Origin: Candidatus Latescibacterota bacterium
Lineage (GTDB): Bacteria > Latescibacterota > UBA2968
DNA: 64,000 nt
Direction of reading: 5' to 3'
Assembly: GCA_965222605.1 (NCBI GenBank)
Contig: OZ244960.1
Coordinates: 1,248,001-1,312,000, forward strand
Shown here: one piece after another, positions 54,466 to 64,000 of the stretch
Position numbering within the stretch: the first letter of the stretch is position 1
Layout of the letters: each line of letters begins with the position of its first letter
The notes under the pieces: generated by a model
Told to the model about the DNA's origin: nothing
What the model saw: the letters and a program-made list of their open reading frames with translations, nothing else
The model's database searches: none
Translations under genes and position numbers: made by a program

Positions 54466-56169
54466 TTGTTGTGTCAATTGCATGTGATAAATTACGCCCT
54501 GATCGACGACATGGAAGTCGCGTTTGGCAAAGGGTTAAACATCATTACCGGTGAAACCGGCGCAGGGAAGTCCATTCTGGTCGGGGCATTGGGTCTAATG
54601 CTGGGTATGCGGGCGAGTCCCGACGTGATCCGCACAGGCGAAAAAAAATGCACGGTAGAAGCCATTTTTGAACTCTATCTTCAACACCCAGCACTCAAAC
54701 TCCTGAATGACATGGGCATTGAGACAGAAGATGGTGAGCTGATTTTGCGGCGGGATGTACTATTAGAAGGGCGCAGTCGGTGCTATGCCAATGGCCTGTC
54801 CATCCCCGTGCGTGTACTTCGAGAATTGGGCCGCGCGTTGGTCGATTTGCACGGTCAACACGACCATCAATCGCTTCTGAATATCGATCAGCATCTGGAC
54901 TTTTTAGACGGCTTTGGCGGCTTGCAAACAGCACGCGCACAGGTCGAAAAATCATATCATCAGGTGGTGCGGCTGCAAAACCGGCTGATCGAAAAAACTG
55001 CCGTTGCCCAGCGTCAGCGAGAAAGGCGCGAACTGTTGGACTTTCAGATCAAAGAAATCCATGCGGCAAAACCGGAGCCTGGCGAAGACGAACGCCTACA
55101 ACGCGAACAGTCCATGCTTTTGCATGCAGAACGGCTACTCGAGATCGCCTATCAGATCGAACAGGTGCTTTATGAAGGCGAACAATCGGTGGCCGATCAA
55201 CTCGGCGAAGGCGCACACCTCTTAGATGAGGCCGCACAAATGGACAGCAGTTTGGCGCCGATAGCCGAAGAACTCAATGGTCTGCGGTATGGGGCAGAGG
55301 AACTGGCTCGAGCCTTTGGCGATTATGCCAATCGCGTAGAACACAATCCTCAACGCCTATCAGAAGTAACAGAGCGATTAGAAACGCTGAACGCGCTGAA
55401 AAAAAAATACGGCGGCGATTTAGAAAGTGTGCTGTCTTATGAAAAAAAAGCCCAAAAAGAATTGGAACTAACCGACGAACTCGAAGCATCTCTCAAGAAA
55501 ATTCAGATTAAAATTGACGATGCGATGCAGACGTTCGCGCTCGATTGTGAGAAATTGTCAAGAGGAAGGCAAAAAGCCGCTGGCAAATTGTCAAAAGCGA
55601 TATGCCGCACATTGCGCGAACTGGGCATGCCCGATGTGCAATTTGACGTTCAACTGGATCGGCGCCCAGACCCCGAAGGCTTGATTGAATGCGATGGGCA
55701 GCGATTTGAAGCGGGACCTCGGGGCATAGAGCGCGGCGAATTTTTTATTTCGACCAACCCGGGCGAAGCCATCCGCCCGCTGGTAAAAGTGGCATCGGGC
55801 GGTGAAATTTCGCGTATTATGCTCGCGATGAAAACCGTGCTGGCGCATACAGATTCGGTGCAGGTGTTAATTTTTGACGAAATCGACATCGGAATTTCCG
55901 GGCGTATTGCAGAGGTCGTGGGCAAGAAATTGCGCGACCTATCAGAAACGTATCAAACCATTTCAATTACGCATTTACCACAAATTGCAAAAATGGCTGA
56001 CCGGCATTTTTCAGTCAGAAAAGAAGTGGTTGAGCAACGTGCAGTAACCCGGGTGATCCCACTGGATGAAGAGGCACGCGCCGGCGAACTCGCTTTGATG
56101 ATGGGCGGCGAAGAGATTTCAGAACTGACCATGCAACACGCCCGCGAGATGCTGGCGGAAAAGCCGTAG
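54466..56169 (+). CDS. recN: DNA repair protein RecN
   Basis: TGETGAGKS, HGQHD, ASGGEISR, FDEID, THLPQIA. Confidence 0.96.
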   Translation: MLCQLHVINYALIDDMEVAFGKGLNIITGETGAGKSILVGALGLMLGMRASPDVIRTGEKKCTVEAIFELYLQHPALKLLNDMGIETEDGELILRRDVLLEGRSRCYANGLSIPVRVLRELGRALVDLHGQHDHQSLLNIDQHLDFLDGFGGLQTARAQVEKSYHQVVRLQNRLIEKTAVAQRQRERRELLDFQIKEIHAAKPEPGEDERLQREQSMLLHAERLLEIAYQIEQVLYEGEQSVADQLGEGAHLLDEAAQMDSSLAPIAEELNGLRYGAEELARAFGDYANRVEHNPQRLSEVTERLETLNALKKKYGGDLESVLSYEKKAQKELELTDELEASLKKIQIKIDDAMQTFALDCEKLSRGRQKAAGKLSKAICRTLRELGMPDVQFDVQLDRRPDPEGLIECDGQRFEAGPRGIERGEFFISTNPGEAIRPLVKVASGGEISRIMLAMKTVLAHTDSVQVLIFDEIDIGISGRIAEVVGKKLRDLSETYQTISITHLPQIAKMADRHFSVRKEVVEQRAVTRVIPLDEEARAGELALMMGGEEISELTMQHAREMLAEKP

Positions 56170-56189
56170 AACAGTATAAGGAGCATAGT

Positions 56190-57338
56190 GTGAGACCGAT
56201 AATTCCCAACGATCTCCGAGACATCGAAGAAAAAGTAAACCTGGGGCAACGGCTTTCTGCCGAAGATGGCATGCGGCTGTACGAGACGCCCGATCTCAAT
56301 GCCGTGGGGTATTTGGCCAATATCTCGCGCGAACGCCTGTGTGGCAATGTGGCGTGGTACGTGCGAAATCAGCACATTAACTATACCAATGTGTGCAACA
56401 AGCTGTGCCGATTTTGCTCCTTTTATGTCAAGCCAAAAGACGATCGGGGCTATGTATTATCCCCCGAAGATATTCAAAAGCGCGTATTGGAATACATCGA
56501 CCTGCCCATTTCTGAAATCCACATGGTCGCGGGTATCAATCCCAAACTTCCCTATTCGTATTATCTCGATATCGTGCGCGCAGTCAAAGACGTGCGTCCC
56601 GATGTGGCGGTAAAAGCATTTACCGCAATTGAATGGGTGCAAATTGCGCGTATCGCAAAAAAGCCATTGAAGGATGTCATGATCGAATTAAAAGCGGCCG
56701 GCGTATCGTCCATTCCCGGCGGGGGCGCAGAAGTATTTAGCGATCGCGTACAGGAAGATTTATTCTGGACCAAAGCGGACTCCGAAGAGTGGCTCGAGAT
56801 AGCGCGCACGGCGCATGAAGTCGGCCTGCCTACCAATGCGACAATGCTATATGGGCATATTGAAAACCCGCGAGAACGCATCGATCATCTCGTGCGATTG
56901 CGCGAATTACAAGATGAGACCGGCGGTTTTTTGACGTATATTCCCCTATCATTTCATCCCGAGCGCACCGAATTAGAGCATTTGTCCGGCCCGACAGGCA
57001 TCGCGGATTTGAGAGAAATTGCCGTGGGGCGATTGATGCTGGACAATTTCCTCCACATCAAAACGTTCTGGATTATGAATACCATTGAAATTTCACAGGT
57101 AGCTTTGTGGTATGGCGCAGACGATATCGACGGCACAATTCAGGAATATGAAATTACGCGCCGTTCATATTCAGAGACGCGACAGGTGCTCACGCGCAAG
57201 CAACTCGTAGAGCGCGTTATAGAAGCCGGACGCGATCCCGTCGAACGGGATAATTTATACAATATTTTATCGGCCGAGCGAGAGATTGTCGAAGAAACAC
57301 CCATCGGAATCCCAGGTGAAATACCAGTGATTTCGTAA
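56190..57338 (+). CDS. mqnE: Aminofutalosine synthase (radical SAM)
   Basis: NYTNVCNKLCRFC, KAFTAIE, IPGGGAE, NATMLYGH, GADDIDGT; linked to mqnC/mqnA. Confidence 0.88.
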   Translation: MRPIIPNDLRDIEEKVNLGQRLSAEDGMRLYETPDLNAVGYLANISRERLCGNVAWYVRNQHINYTNVCNKLCRFCSFYVKPKDDRGYVLSPEDIQKRVLEYIDLPISEIHMVAGINPKLPYSYYLDIVRAVKDVRPDVAVKAFTAIEWVQIARIAKKPLKDVMIELKAAGVSSIPGGGAEVFSDRVQEDLFWTKADSEEWLEIARTAHEVGLPTNATMLYGHIENPRERIDHLVRLRELQDETGGFLTYIPLSFHPERTELEHLSGPTGIADLREIAVGRLMLDNFLHIKTFWIMNTIEISQVALWYGADDIDGTIQEYEITRRSYSETRQVLTRKQLVERVIEAGRDPVERDNLYNILSAEREIVEETPIGIPGEIPVIS

Positions 57339-57378
57339 AACGCCCCTCTCCCATGGCATTATTTTAGCGAGGTGTGTG

Positions 57379-57966
57379 ATGGCAACAGACATTGTGATTC
57401 CCCAAAAAGAGCGATGGACCTATGAAGACTATCTCCATCTCATCCCGCCAGATAGTTTTGGATTTGAAGTTTTGAGAGGAGAACTGGTCGTGTCACCTTC
57501 GCCAAACCGAAAACATCAGCGAACTGTTCTGAGCCTTGGCAGGATTCTCGATGTACATGTCAATACGCAGAATTTGGGCGAAATATTCGTCGCACCTTTT
57601 GATGTTGTATTAGATGCCGATTCCTCCGTATCCGAAAATATAGTACAGCCGGATTTGATGTTTGTCTCAAAAGATCGCCTGAATATAATCACAGATGATA
57701 ATATTCGGGGCGCACCCGATCTGGTTATCGAAGTACTTTCCGATTCGACTGCGCGTTACGACCGGGTGGGAAAGATGCGTACATACACCGAATTTGGCGT
57801 GAAGGAATACTGGATTATTGATGCAGACCAAAAAACGTTAGAGGCTTTCGGCTTAACGGGCGACGAGCCTGTTCTTCAAGCGACTCTGGCTGAATCCGAT
57901 GTGTTTGAGCCGAGGTTATTTCCGGGATTGGCAATCGCGCTTTCTGAACTCTGGTATCCTGAGTAA
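57379..57966 (+). CDS. Uma2 family PD-(D/E)XK endonuclease, copy 1
   Basis: WTYEDY, PSP...HQ, VQPDL, APDLVIEVLS, GVKEYWIID. Confidence 0.9.
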   Translation: MATDIVIPQKERWTYEDYLHLIPPDSFGFEVLRGELVVSPSPNRKHQRTVLSLGRILDVHVNTQNLGEIFVAPFDVVLDADSSVSENIVQPDLMFVSKDRLNIITDDNIRGAPDLVIEVLSDSTARYDRVGKMRTYTEFGVKEYWIIDADQKTLEAFGLTGDEPVLQATLAESDVFEPRLFPGLAIALSELWYPE

Positions 57967-58039
57967 GCGGAAAAGTGGGAAGATTGGAAAGTGAAGATGA
58001 CAACCCATCTGGATGATACGGAAACCCATGAGGTGTGTG

Positions 58040-58624
58040 ATGGCAACAGACATTGTAATTCCCCAAAAAGAGCGATGGACTTATGAAGACTATCTTCATC
58101 TCACTCCGCCAGACAATTTTGGATTTGAAATTTTGAGAGGAGAATTAGCAGTGGCTCCCGCACCGGTACCGAGACATCAATGGGCTTGTGATGAACTAAC
58201 GAGTTTGGTGCGTATATTTGTGAAACAGAACGACCTCGGGCGGGTTTTTAGTTCGCCAATAGATGTTATTCTGGGAGGACAGACAGAGGCAGAAAACGTC
58301 GTTCAACCGGATATCCTGTTCGTAGCCAAAGATCGCCTGGATATTATCACTGAAACCAATATTCTCGGCGTACCCGATTTGATGATTGAAGTTTTGTCTG
58401 CTTCAAGTATCCAACGGGATCGGGTCGATAAAATGAAAATATATGCCGAATTTGGCGTGAAGGAATATTGGATTATCGATGCAGATGAAAAAACGTTAGA
58501 GGCTTTTGACTTAACGGGCGACGAGCCTGTTCTACAAGCGACCCTGGCCGAGTCTGATGTGTTTAAACCAAAATTGTTTCCAGGATTAGAAATCTCACTC
58601 TCTGAACTCTGGTATCCCGAATGA
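58040..58624 (+). CDS. Uma2 family PD-(D/E)XK endonuclease, copy 2
   Basis: Same motifs; 5' and 3' ends near-identical to copy 1, start codons 661 nt apart. Confidence 0.9.
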   Translation: MATDIVIPQKERWTYEDYLHLTPPDNFGFEILRGELAVAPAPVPRHQWACDELTSLVRIFVKQNDLGRVFSSPIDVILGGQTEAENVVQPDILFVAKDRLDIITETNILGVPDLMIEVLSASSIQRDRVDKMKIYAEFGVKEYWIIDADEKTLEAFDLTGDEPVLQATLAESDVFKPKLFPGLEISLSELWYPE

Positions 58625-58677
58625 TGGGCGGCCCTACGCTCTCACGTCTCACCTCTTACCGCCTTATGGAAAACGAC

Positions 58678-59778
58678 ATGATCGACGACATTGTTGAAAA
58701 AGTATATAACGACGAGCGCATTTCCACAGATGACGCCACGCGCTTATTTGCACACCCCAATGTGACCGAATTGGGCTTGTTGGCCGATGTGGTGCGGCGG
58801 CGCAAATGGCCCAAAGACACGGTAACTTATAATATCGGGCGAAATATCAATTACACCAATGTGTGCTGGGTAAGATGCGATTTTTGTGCATTTTATCGCC
58901 CGCCGGGATCCGACGAAGGCTACATATTGCCCAGAGAACAGATCTTTGAAAAAATTGACGAACTCATTGCCGTGGGCGGCGACGTGCCAAAAGGCAGCGA
59001 GATTTTGATGCAAGGGGGCCTGAACCCAAAACTGCGCGTGGATTATTACGAAGACCTGTTTTCTTCGATACGCAATCGCTACCCCCAAATCCATCAGCAT
59101 TGTTTATCTGCCACAGAGATTATTTATATCGCGCATATCTCGCGTTTGTCACTCGAAAATTGCATTCGCCGCTTGCGCGATGCCGGGCTGGATTCTATCC
59201 CGGGAGCTGGCGCGGAAATTTTGTCGGACGAAGTGCGCGACATCATCGGTTTTCGCAAAGACCGCGTCCACGAATGGCTTGCGGTGCATCGCATTGCACA
59301 CGAATTGGACATGCACACATCGGCGACCATGATGTATGGACATGTCGAAACCATTGAACAGCGAATAGAACATCTGGAACACATTCGCAATTTGCAGGAT
59401 GAGGCGGGGGGATTCACCGCATTTATCGCGTGGAATTTTCAGCCGGATTACACGGCTCTTGCCAATGATCAGGGGCGATGGGATGGCGTGAAAGCCACCG
59501 GATTTGACTATTTGCGAACCATTGCCATCGCGCGCCTGTTTTTGGACAATATCAAAAGTTTTCAAGCCTCGTGGGTAACGCAGGGTGCCAAAGTCGCACA
59601 GGTCAGCTTAAAATACGGCGTAAACGATTTTGGCAGCACAATGATGGAGGAAAACGTGGTCAGCGCAGCGGGCACGAGCCATACGGATACTATGACACTC
59701 CAGGAGATGCAACGGCTCATTCGAGATGCGGGATACGAGCCTGTGAGGCGAAATACGCGGTACGAGATTTTGAATTAG
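58678..59778 (+). CDS. mqnC: Cyclic dehypoxanthine futalosine synthase (radical SAM)
   Basis: RNINYTNVCWVRCDFCAFYR, MQGG, ATMMYGH, QASWVTQG, NDFGSTMMEENVV; start at 58666 or 58678. Confidence 0.9.
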   Translation: MIDDIVEKVYNDERISTDDATRLFAHPNVTELGLLADVVRRRKWPKDTVTYNIGRNINYTNVCWVRCDFCAFYRPPGSDEGYILPREQIFEKIDELIAVGGDVPKGSEILMQGGLNPKLRVDYYEDLFSSIRNRYPQIHQHCLSATEIIYIAHISRLSLENCIRRLRDAGLDSIPGAGAEILSDEVRDIIGFRKDRVHEWLAVHRIAHELDMHTSATMMYGHVETIEQRIEHLEHIRNLQDEAGGFTAFIAWNFQPDYTALANDQGRWDGVKATGFDYLRTIAIARLFLDNIKSFQASWVTQGAKVAQVSLKYGVNDFGSTMMEENVVSAAGTSHTDTMTLQEMQRLIRDAGYEPVRRNTRYEILN

Positions 59779-59790
59779 GGGTGTGTAACG

Positions 59791-60582
59791 ATGCGTGTGC
59801 GTTTGGGCGTGGTGTCATACTTAAACACGCGGCCACTGGTTGAGGTACTGCGCACGGGTGCGATTGGTCGCGATTTTGAACTGATCTACGATGTGCCCTC
59901 GCGATGCGCCGAACGGTTGCACATGGGTGAAACCGATGTGGCGTTGATCCCCGCTGTAGAAATTGGACGCGGACAAGACCCCTACCGGATTGTACCCAAT
60001 GTCGGCATTATTTCAAACGGGCCAGTTGGCAGTGTATTTATCGCACTAAACAAAGAACCCGAAGAAATTCAAACACTGGCTCTGGATCGCGGATCGCGCA
60101 CATCAGTCGTGCTGGCGCAGATCATCCTGGCGCGGCAATTTGGCTGTCGGCCAGAGGTATTTTTTCATCCCCCAGATATAGACGCAATGCTCAAATGCGC
60201 CGATGCCGCCTTACTGATAGGCGATCCCGCGCTGGCATTGCAACGCTATCGAATCCTGGACCTGGGCGAAATTTGGACGCAAATGACCGGGTTGCCTTTT
60301 GTCTATGCCTGCTGGACCGGGCGCCCCGATGCATTGACGCCATATCATATTGCCAAACTGATTGAAGCCAGGGAAAAAGGTAAGCCGCTTATTCCCAAAA
60401 TCGCAAAGGACTATGCCGCTGAAACCCGCACCCTATCGCCCGCTTTTTATGCCGAATATCTAACCAAAAATATCCTCTACGATTTGGGCGATGCAGAACT
60501 GGAAGGCTTGAGGCGATTCTATGCTTATGGTGTAGAACTGGGATTGTTGGACGCAGTGCCAGATATCCGCTTCTATGTTTAA
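59791..60582 (+). CDS. mqnA: Chorismate dehydratase (futalosine pathway)
   Basis: VSYLNTRP, SRTSV, LLIGD, DLGEIW...TGLPFVYA. Confidence 0.9.
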   Translation: MRVRLGVVSYLNTRPLVEVLRTGAIGRDFELIYDVPSRCAERLHMGETDVALIPAVEIGRGQDPYRIVPNVGIISNGPVGSVFIALNKEPEEIQTLALDRGSRTSVVLAQIILARQFGCRPEVFFHPPDIDAMLKCADAALLIGDPALALQRYRILDLGEIWTQMTGLPFVYACWTGRPDALTPYHIAKLIEAREKGKPLIPKIAKDYAAETRTLSPAFYAEYLTKNILYDLGDAELEGLRRFYAYGVELGLLDAVPDIRFYV

Positions 60583-60634
60583 ATCTAAAAAAATCGGCCT
60601 ATTGCCGATTTTTTTATCCTCTGGAGAACTTGTG

Positions 60635-61888
60635 ATGCCCAAAAAAAACAAACCACACAAACCGATTCGCGTGGGAGTCGTCGGCGTTGGGCGCGGGCGA
60701 TCATTTATGCGGACGCCAACGGGGATGGAACTGGTTGCAATTTGCGATACCTGGGAAGAGCGATTAGAACCCGAAGGCAAAGCACTCGGTGTATCGACTT
60801 ATGTGGATTACCAGGCATTTTTGGAACACGATATGGATGCGGTAGTACTCGCCAATTATTTTCACGAACACGCGCCCTTTGCCGTTAAAGCACTGAACGC
60901 CGGGAAACACGTCATGAGCGAAACCGCTGCCTGCCATACATTGGGCGAAGGCGTCGCACTTGCGCGGGCCGTAGAGCGCAGTGGCAAAATTTATATGTTT
61001 GCCGAAAATTATCCCTGTACGGCGTATAATCAGGAAATGAAGCGGCTCTACCAAAAAGGACATGTGGGGGAATTTAAATACGGAGAGGGCGAATACGTGC
61101 ATCCCGATCCGCCAGAAGTGAAATTGGGGCGCAGTTGTGGGCGCAATCACTGGCGCAACTGGATTCCCTCGACCTATTATTGCACGCATTCGATTGCACC
61201 GGTAATGTACATTACCGATACGCGTCCGGTGAAAGTGAACGGATTTGTTATCCCCTACGATTTTGGCGATATGACCAAAACCCTGCACATGAACCGCGCG
61301 GATACAGCAGGCGTGATCATCTGTCGAATGGACAATGACGCCGTCATGAAATCCCTGCACGGCGCGTTGCGCGGGCACGGCAATTACGTCAGAATCCACG
61401 GCAACAAAGGCGTGATGGAAAACTGTCGAAACGGCGATAAATATCGGCTGCGTATATGGAGAGAACCGTGGGAAAAGCGAAAAGAGGAACCGGTAGAAAC
61501 CGTTTACAGACCGGATTTCCCAGTGCATCACGATCGCGCAACACAAGCCGGGCATGGCGGCGGCGATTTTTTTACGAGTTACCATTTCGCCGAAGCGATT
61601 CGCACGGGTGAGCAACCCTACCTCGATGTGTATCGCGGCATCGATATGAGTATCGCGGGGATTCAAGCGTGGCGGTCGGCACTCAGTGATTCAGCACCGA
61701 TGGAAGTACCCGATTTTCGCGACGAGTCCATAAGAAAAAAATACGAACGAGATGATTGGTCGCCCGATCCCGCTCGCAAAAAGTCGGGACAACCGCCGAG
61801 CAGTATTCTGGGTGATATCGAACCATCTGATGGCGCCAAAGCACTGGCAAAAAAAGTTTGGGCAAGCCGGGGATACTTTGGAAAATGA
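60635..61888 (+). CDS. Gfo/Idh/MocA oxidoreductase
   Basis: VGVVGVGRG, HVMSE, MFAENY, YCTHS, GHGGGD. Confidence 0.85.
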   Translation: MPKKNKPHKPIRVGVVGVGRGRSFMRTPTGMELVAICDTWEERLEPEGKALGVSTYVDYQAFLEHDMDAVVLANYFHEHAPFAVKALNAGKHVMSETAACHTLGEGVALARAVERSGKIYMFAENYPCTAYNQEMKRLYQKGHVGEFKYGEGEYVHPDPPEVKLGRSCGRNHWRNWIPSTYYCTHSIAPVMYITDTRPVKVNGFVIPYDFGDMTKTLHMNRADTAGVIICRMDNDAVMKSLHGALRGHGNYVRIHGNKGVMENCRNGDKYRLRIWREPWEKRKEEPVETVYRPDFPVHHDRATQAGHGGGDFFTSYHFAEAIRTGEQPYLDVYRGIDMSIAGIQAWRSALSDSAPMEVPDFRDESIRKKYERDDWSPDPARKKSGQPPSSILGDIEPSDGAKALAKKVWASRGYFGK

Positions 61889-61898
61889 GGATCTGGTC

Positions 61899-62336
61899 AT
61901 GATTGAAATAGCACAAGTGGTACTGGCGATTTACGGCATATTGTTGATTGTGGGAGGCATCGTGGGAAAGATGAAATCCGAGAGTTCTGCCTCCCTATTC
62001 GCAGGCGCGATCTGCGGTATTGTTGCACTCGTTGGATTCTGGCAAAGCCTGAGCGATCCCGCTACTGGATTTTTGACCGGCGGATTGGTCGGATTGTTGC
62101 TCACAGGCATTTTTATGAGCCGATTTGTCCGCACGCGAAAATTTATGCCCGCGGGATTGGTGCTGTTACTCAGTATTCTGGTCGGTATTTTGACAATGAT
62201 GGCGAGACAGGAATATTTGCTCAATCAAGACAAACCAGCAGAGGAACTGACAGACAAAAAAGGGCCAGGAACAATGTCCCTGGCCCAACGTCTGAAGGGT
62301 CACAGCCTGAAAATCAGGCGCTCACCTCCGAGTTAA
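61899..62336 (+). CDS. TMEM14 family membrane protein with C-terminal extension
   Basis: YGILLIVGGIVG..K..S..SL, RF..TRKFMPAG. Confidence 0.75.
   Translation: MIEIAQVVLAIYGILLIVGGIVGKMKSESSASLFAGAICGIVALVGFWQSLSDPATGFLTGGLVGLLLTGIFMSRFVRTRKFMPAGLVLLLSILVGILTMMARQEYLLNQDKPAEELTDKKGPGTMSLAQRLKGHSLKIRRSPPS
62256..62286 (-). terminator. Antisense intrinsic terminator inside the TMEM14 3' end
   Basis: Minus strand GGGCCAGG-loop-CCTGGCCC followed by TTTTTT. Confidence 0.55.
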
Positions 62337-62597
62337 AATGTTCCACATTAACCTCCTTTCGATATGCGCGACTCCGCTTCCGGAAAGCGTTTTGCGCGGT
62401 GAATGCCAATATATCAGCAAACCGCACCAACCTGTTGGCTCGGTTACATAAACACTGGAATGGATGCAGTTTTATGCGGCGTACATCGCCTTTTTTTTAT
62501 AAGTCAATGTAGCGAGTTTTACGAGATCACAGAGCAGTTGATCAGGTGGGAGCACGGGCTAAGATCGCAAAAGGGATTGACCTGGTAGAAATCGCTA

Positions 62598-62662
62598 TAT
62601 ATTTTTTTTGCAAAAAGACAAACGGTTGTGTATATTTTTTTCCAAAAAAGACAAACGATTGC
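62598..62662 (+). promoter_or_regulatory. Direct repeat (31 nt, period 33) with LacI-like sites upstream of the TonB receptor
   Basis: TATATTTTTTTTGCAAAAAGACAAACGGTTG and TATATTTTTTTCCAAAAAAGACAAACGATTG; TTGACC at 62577. Confidence 0.6.
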
Positions 62663-62822
62663 CAGTCAAATAAAAAATAATTCCTTAATACCGTGAATGC
62701 GTCCCTCGGTGCCAACACGCCAACGAGCTTTGATCCCGAAACCTATATCCAGACAGATACCAATTTCAATTTTGCCTGTTCTGAGAAACCCATTTTCACA
62801 CCCTTATCACAGGAGGTACACG

Positions 62823-64000
62823 ATGCAACACAAATGTCGTTTTTTGTCTCTCTTACTCGGCATGGCTGCCATGCTCATTCTGTATGGACCTGCCGTGTCG
62901 CAGGAAACGCCGCGTTCCGAAAGCACAGATACGACATCTGTCTTTTCGGAAGTGATCATCCTCGAAGAATTGGTGGTCATTGGTTCCCGAGCAAAACCGC
63001 GTTCCGTCGTCGAATCGGCCGTGCCCGTTGATGTGGTTACCAGTGCAGAGATCGTCAAACAAGGCGAAGCCGATTTACAAAATCTGGTGAGAACGGTTGT
63101 GCCTTCCTTCAATATCAACACCCAACCCATCAGCGATGCCTCCACCCTTGTCCGTCCGGCCAATCTGCGCGGCCTGGCACCCGACCACACGCTGGTACTC
63201 ATCAACGGCAAACGCCGCCATCGCAGCTCTCTCGTCGTTTGGCATGGCAATGGCGTATCTGATGGCGCGCAAGGGACCGACATATCGGCCATTCCAGCGA
63301 TTGCCCTGAAACAAGTGGAAGTCCTGCGCGATGGTGCCTCCGCACAATACGGTTCTGACGCCATTGCCGGCGTGATGAGCTTTCAACTCAAAGACCACTA
63401 CCGGGGCGGCTCAATAGAAATCAAACCCGGTATCTATCAGGCAGGCGATGGTTTTAAGTACAGTGTTGCTGGCAATATCGGTCTGGGAAGCGAAAATGCG
63501 TGGGCCAACCTCAGCCTGGAATATGGCAACGCAGAGGATACTGATCGATCTGCACAACGCGATGACGCCAAAGCTCTCATTGCCGCCGGCAATACCGATG
63601 TGGCCGATCCCGCCCAAATTTGGGGTTCGCCCATCATTAGAAATGACCTTAAATTTTTTGCCAACTACGGCGGAAGTCTGTCGGAAAACACCAAATTCTA
63701 TGGCTATGCCAACTATGCGAGCAAAGAAGTGGAAGGCGGATTCTTCTTCAGAAATCCCAATACGCGCGGGGGCGTCTTCAGTACCGATGGCGGTCAGACA
63801 TTGCTCGTGGGCAAATTGAACCCCAATGCGCCCGATCCTCCCGCTGTCAACATAACCAACAACGTGGCAGACCCGAACGCGCTACAACAGGTTTTAAATA
63901 ATAAAAACGACTATTTCACATTTCGCGAACTCTTTCCGGGGGGTTTTACTCCCCGATTTGGTGGCACCACCGCCGATTATGCCCTTCTCGCGGGTGTTAA
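62823..64000 (+). CDS. TonB-dependent receptor (partial, runs off the window)
   Basis: AGGAGG RBS; signal peptide MQHKCRF..., TonB box EELVVIGSR, plug motifs LRGLAPDHTLVLINGKRRH and VEVLRDGASAQYGSDAIAGV. Confidence 0.92.
   Translation, partial: MQHKCRFLSLLLGMAAMLILYGPAVSQETPRSESTDTTSVFSEVIILEELVVIGSRAKPRSVVESAVPVDVVTSAEIVKQGEADLQNLVRTVVPSFNINTQPISDASTLVRPANLRGLAPDHTLVLINGKRRHRSSLVVWHGNGVSDGAQGTDISAIPAIALKQVEVLRDGASAQYGSDAIAGVMSFQLKDHYRGGSIEIKPGIYQAGDGFKYSVAGNIGLGSENAWANLSLEYGNAEDTDRSAQRDDAKALIAAGNTDVADPAQIWGSPIIRNDLKFFANYGGSLSENTKFYGYANYASKEVEGGFFFRNPNTRGGVFSTDGGQTLLVGKLNPNAPDPPAVNITNNVADPNALQQVLNNKNDYFTFRELFPGGFTPRFGGTTADYALLAGV

Noticed and set aside
60764-61666. 300-aa minus-strand ORF and similar long overlapping ORFs (e.g. 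39731-40417, 34538-35278)
   Set aside because: Antisense to well-supported genes and without recognisable motifs

Overview
Bacterial genomic window, probably from an uncultured, host-associated lineage. The dockerin-like, cadherin, FN3, YWTD and GLUG domain repertoire suggests a Latescibacterota/Gemmatimonadota/Poribacteria-like sponge symbiont, but this is inference only. Left (1-4.6 kb): sugar-catabolism genes, a DUF1585 gene remnant and an IS with 14-bp IRs. 4.9-29.7 kb: one giant minus-strand gene (about 8,263 aa if restored), split by a 7-bp deletion. It encodes a signal peptide, cohesin-like and dockerin-like modules, 25 tandem FN3+cadherin units, two YWTD propellers inserted inside FN3 domains, a GLUG region and a C-terminal beta-helix glycan-active domain. 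A standalone paralog of that domain is encoded 1.4 kb upstream, next to a YesU/DUF1961 gene and a membrane-less propeller-YYY-sigma54 activator. The giant gene's leader holds a sigma70-type promoter, a highly structured RNA with alternative pairings, an intrinsic terminator (candidate novel riboswitch/attenuator or sRNA) and LacI-like operators also seen upstream of a TonB-dependent receptor. Middle: a STAS-wHTH, nurA, hicBA, HAS-barrel, herA, GT2, aminotransferase cluster with a palindromic operator, and a divergent queE. Right: housekeeping thrS-infC-rpmI-rplT, zapB-like/zapA, rny, ymdB, xseAB, nadK, recN, futalosine genes mqnE/mqnC/mqnA interrupted by tandem Uma2 nucleases, an oxidoreductase, a TMEM14 protein and a partial TonB-dependent receptor. 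All calls are by eye; no searches were run.
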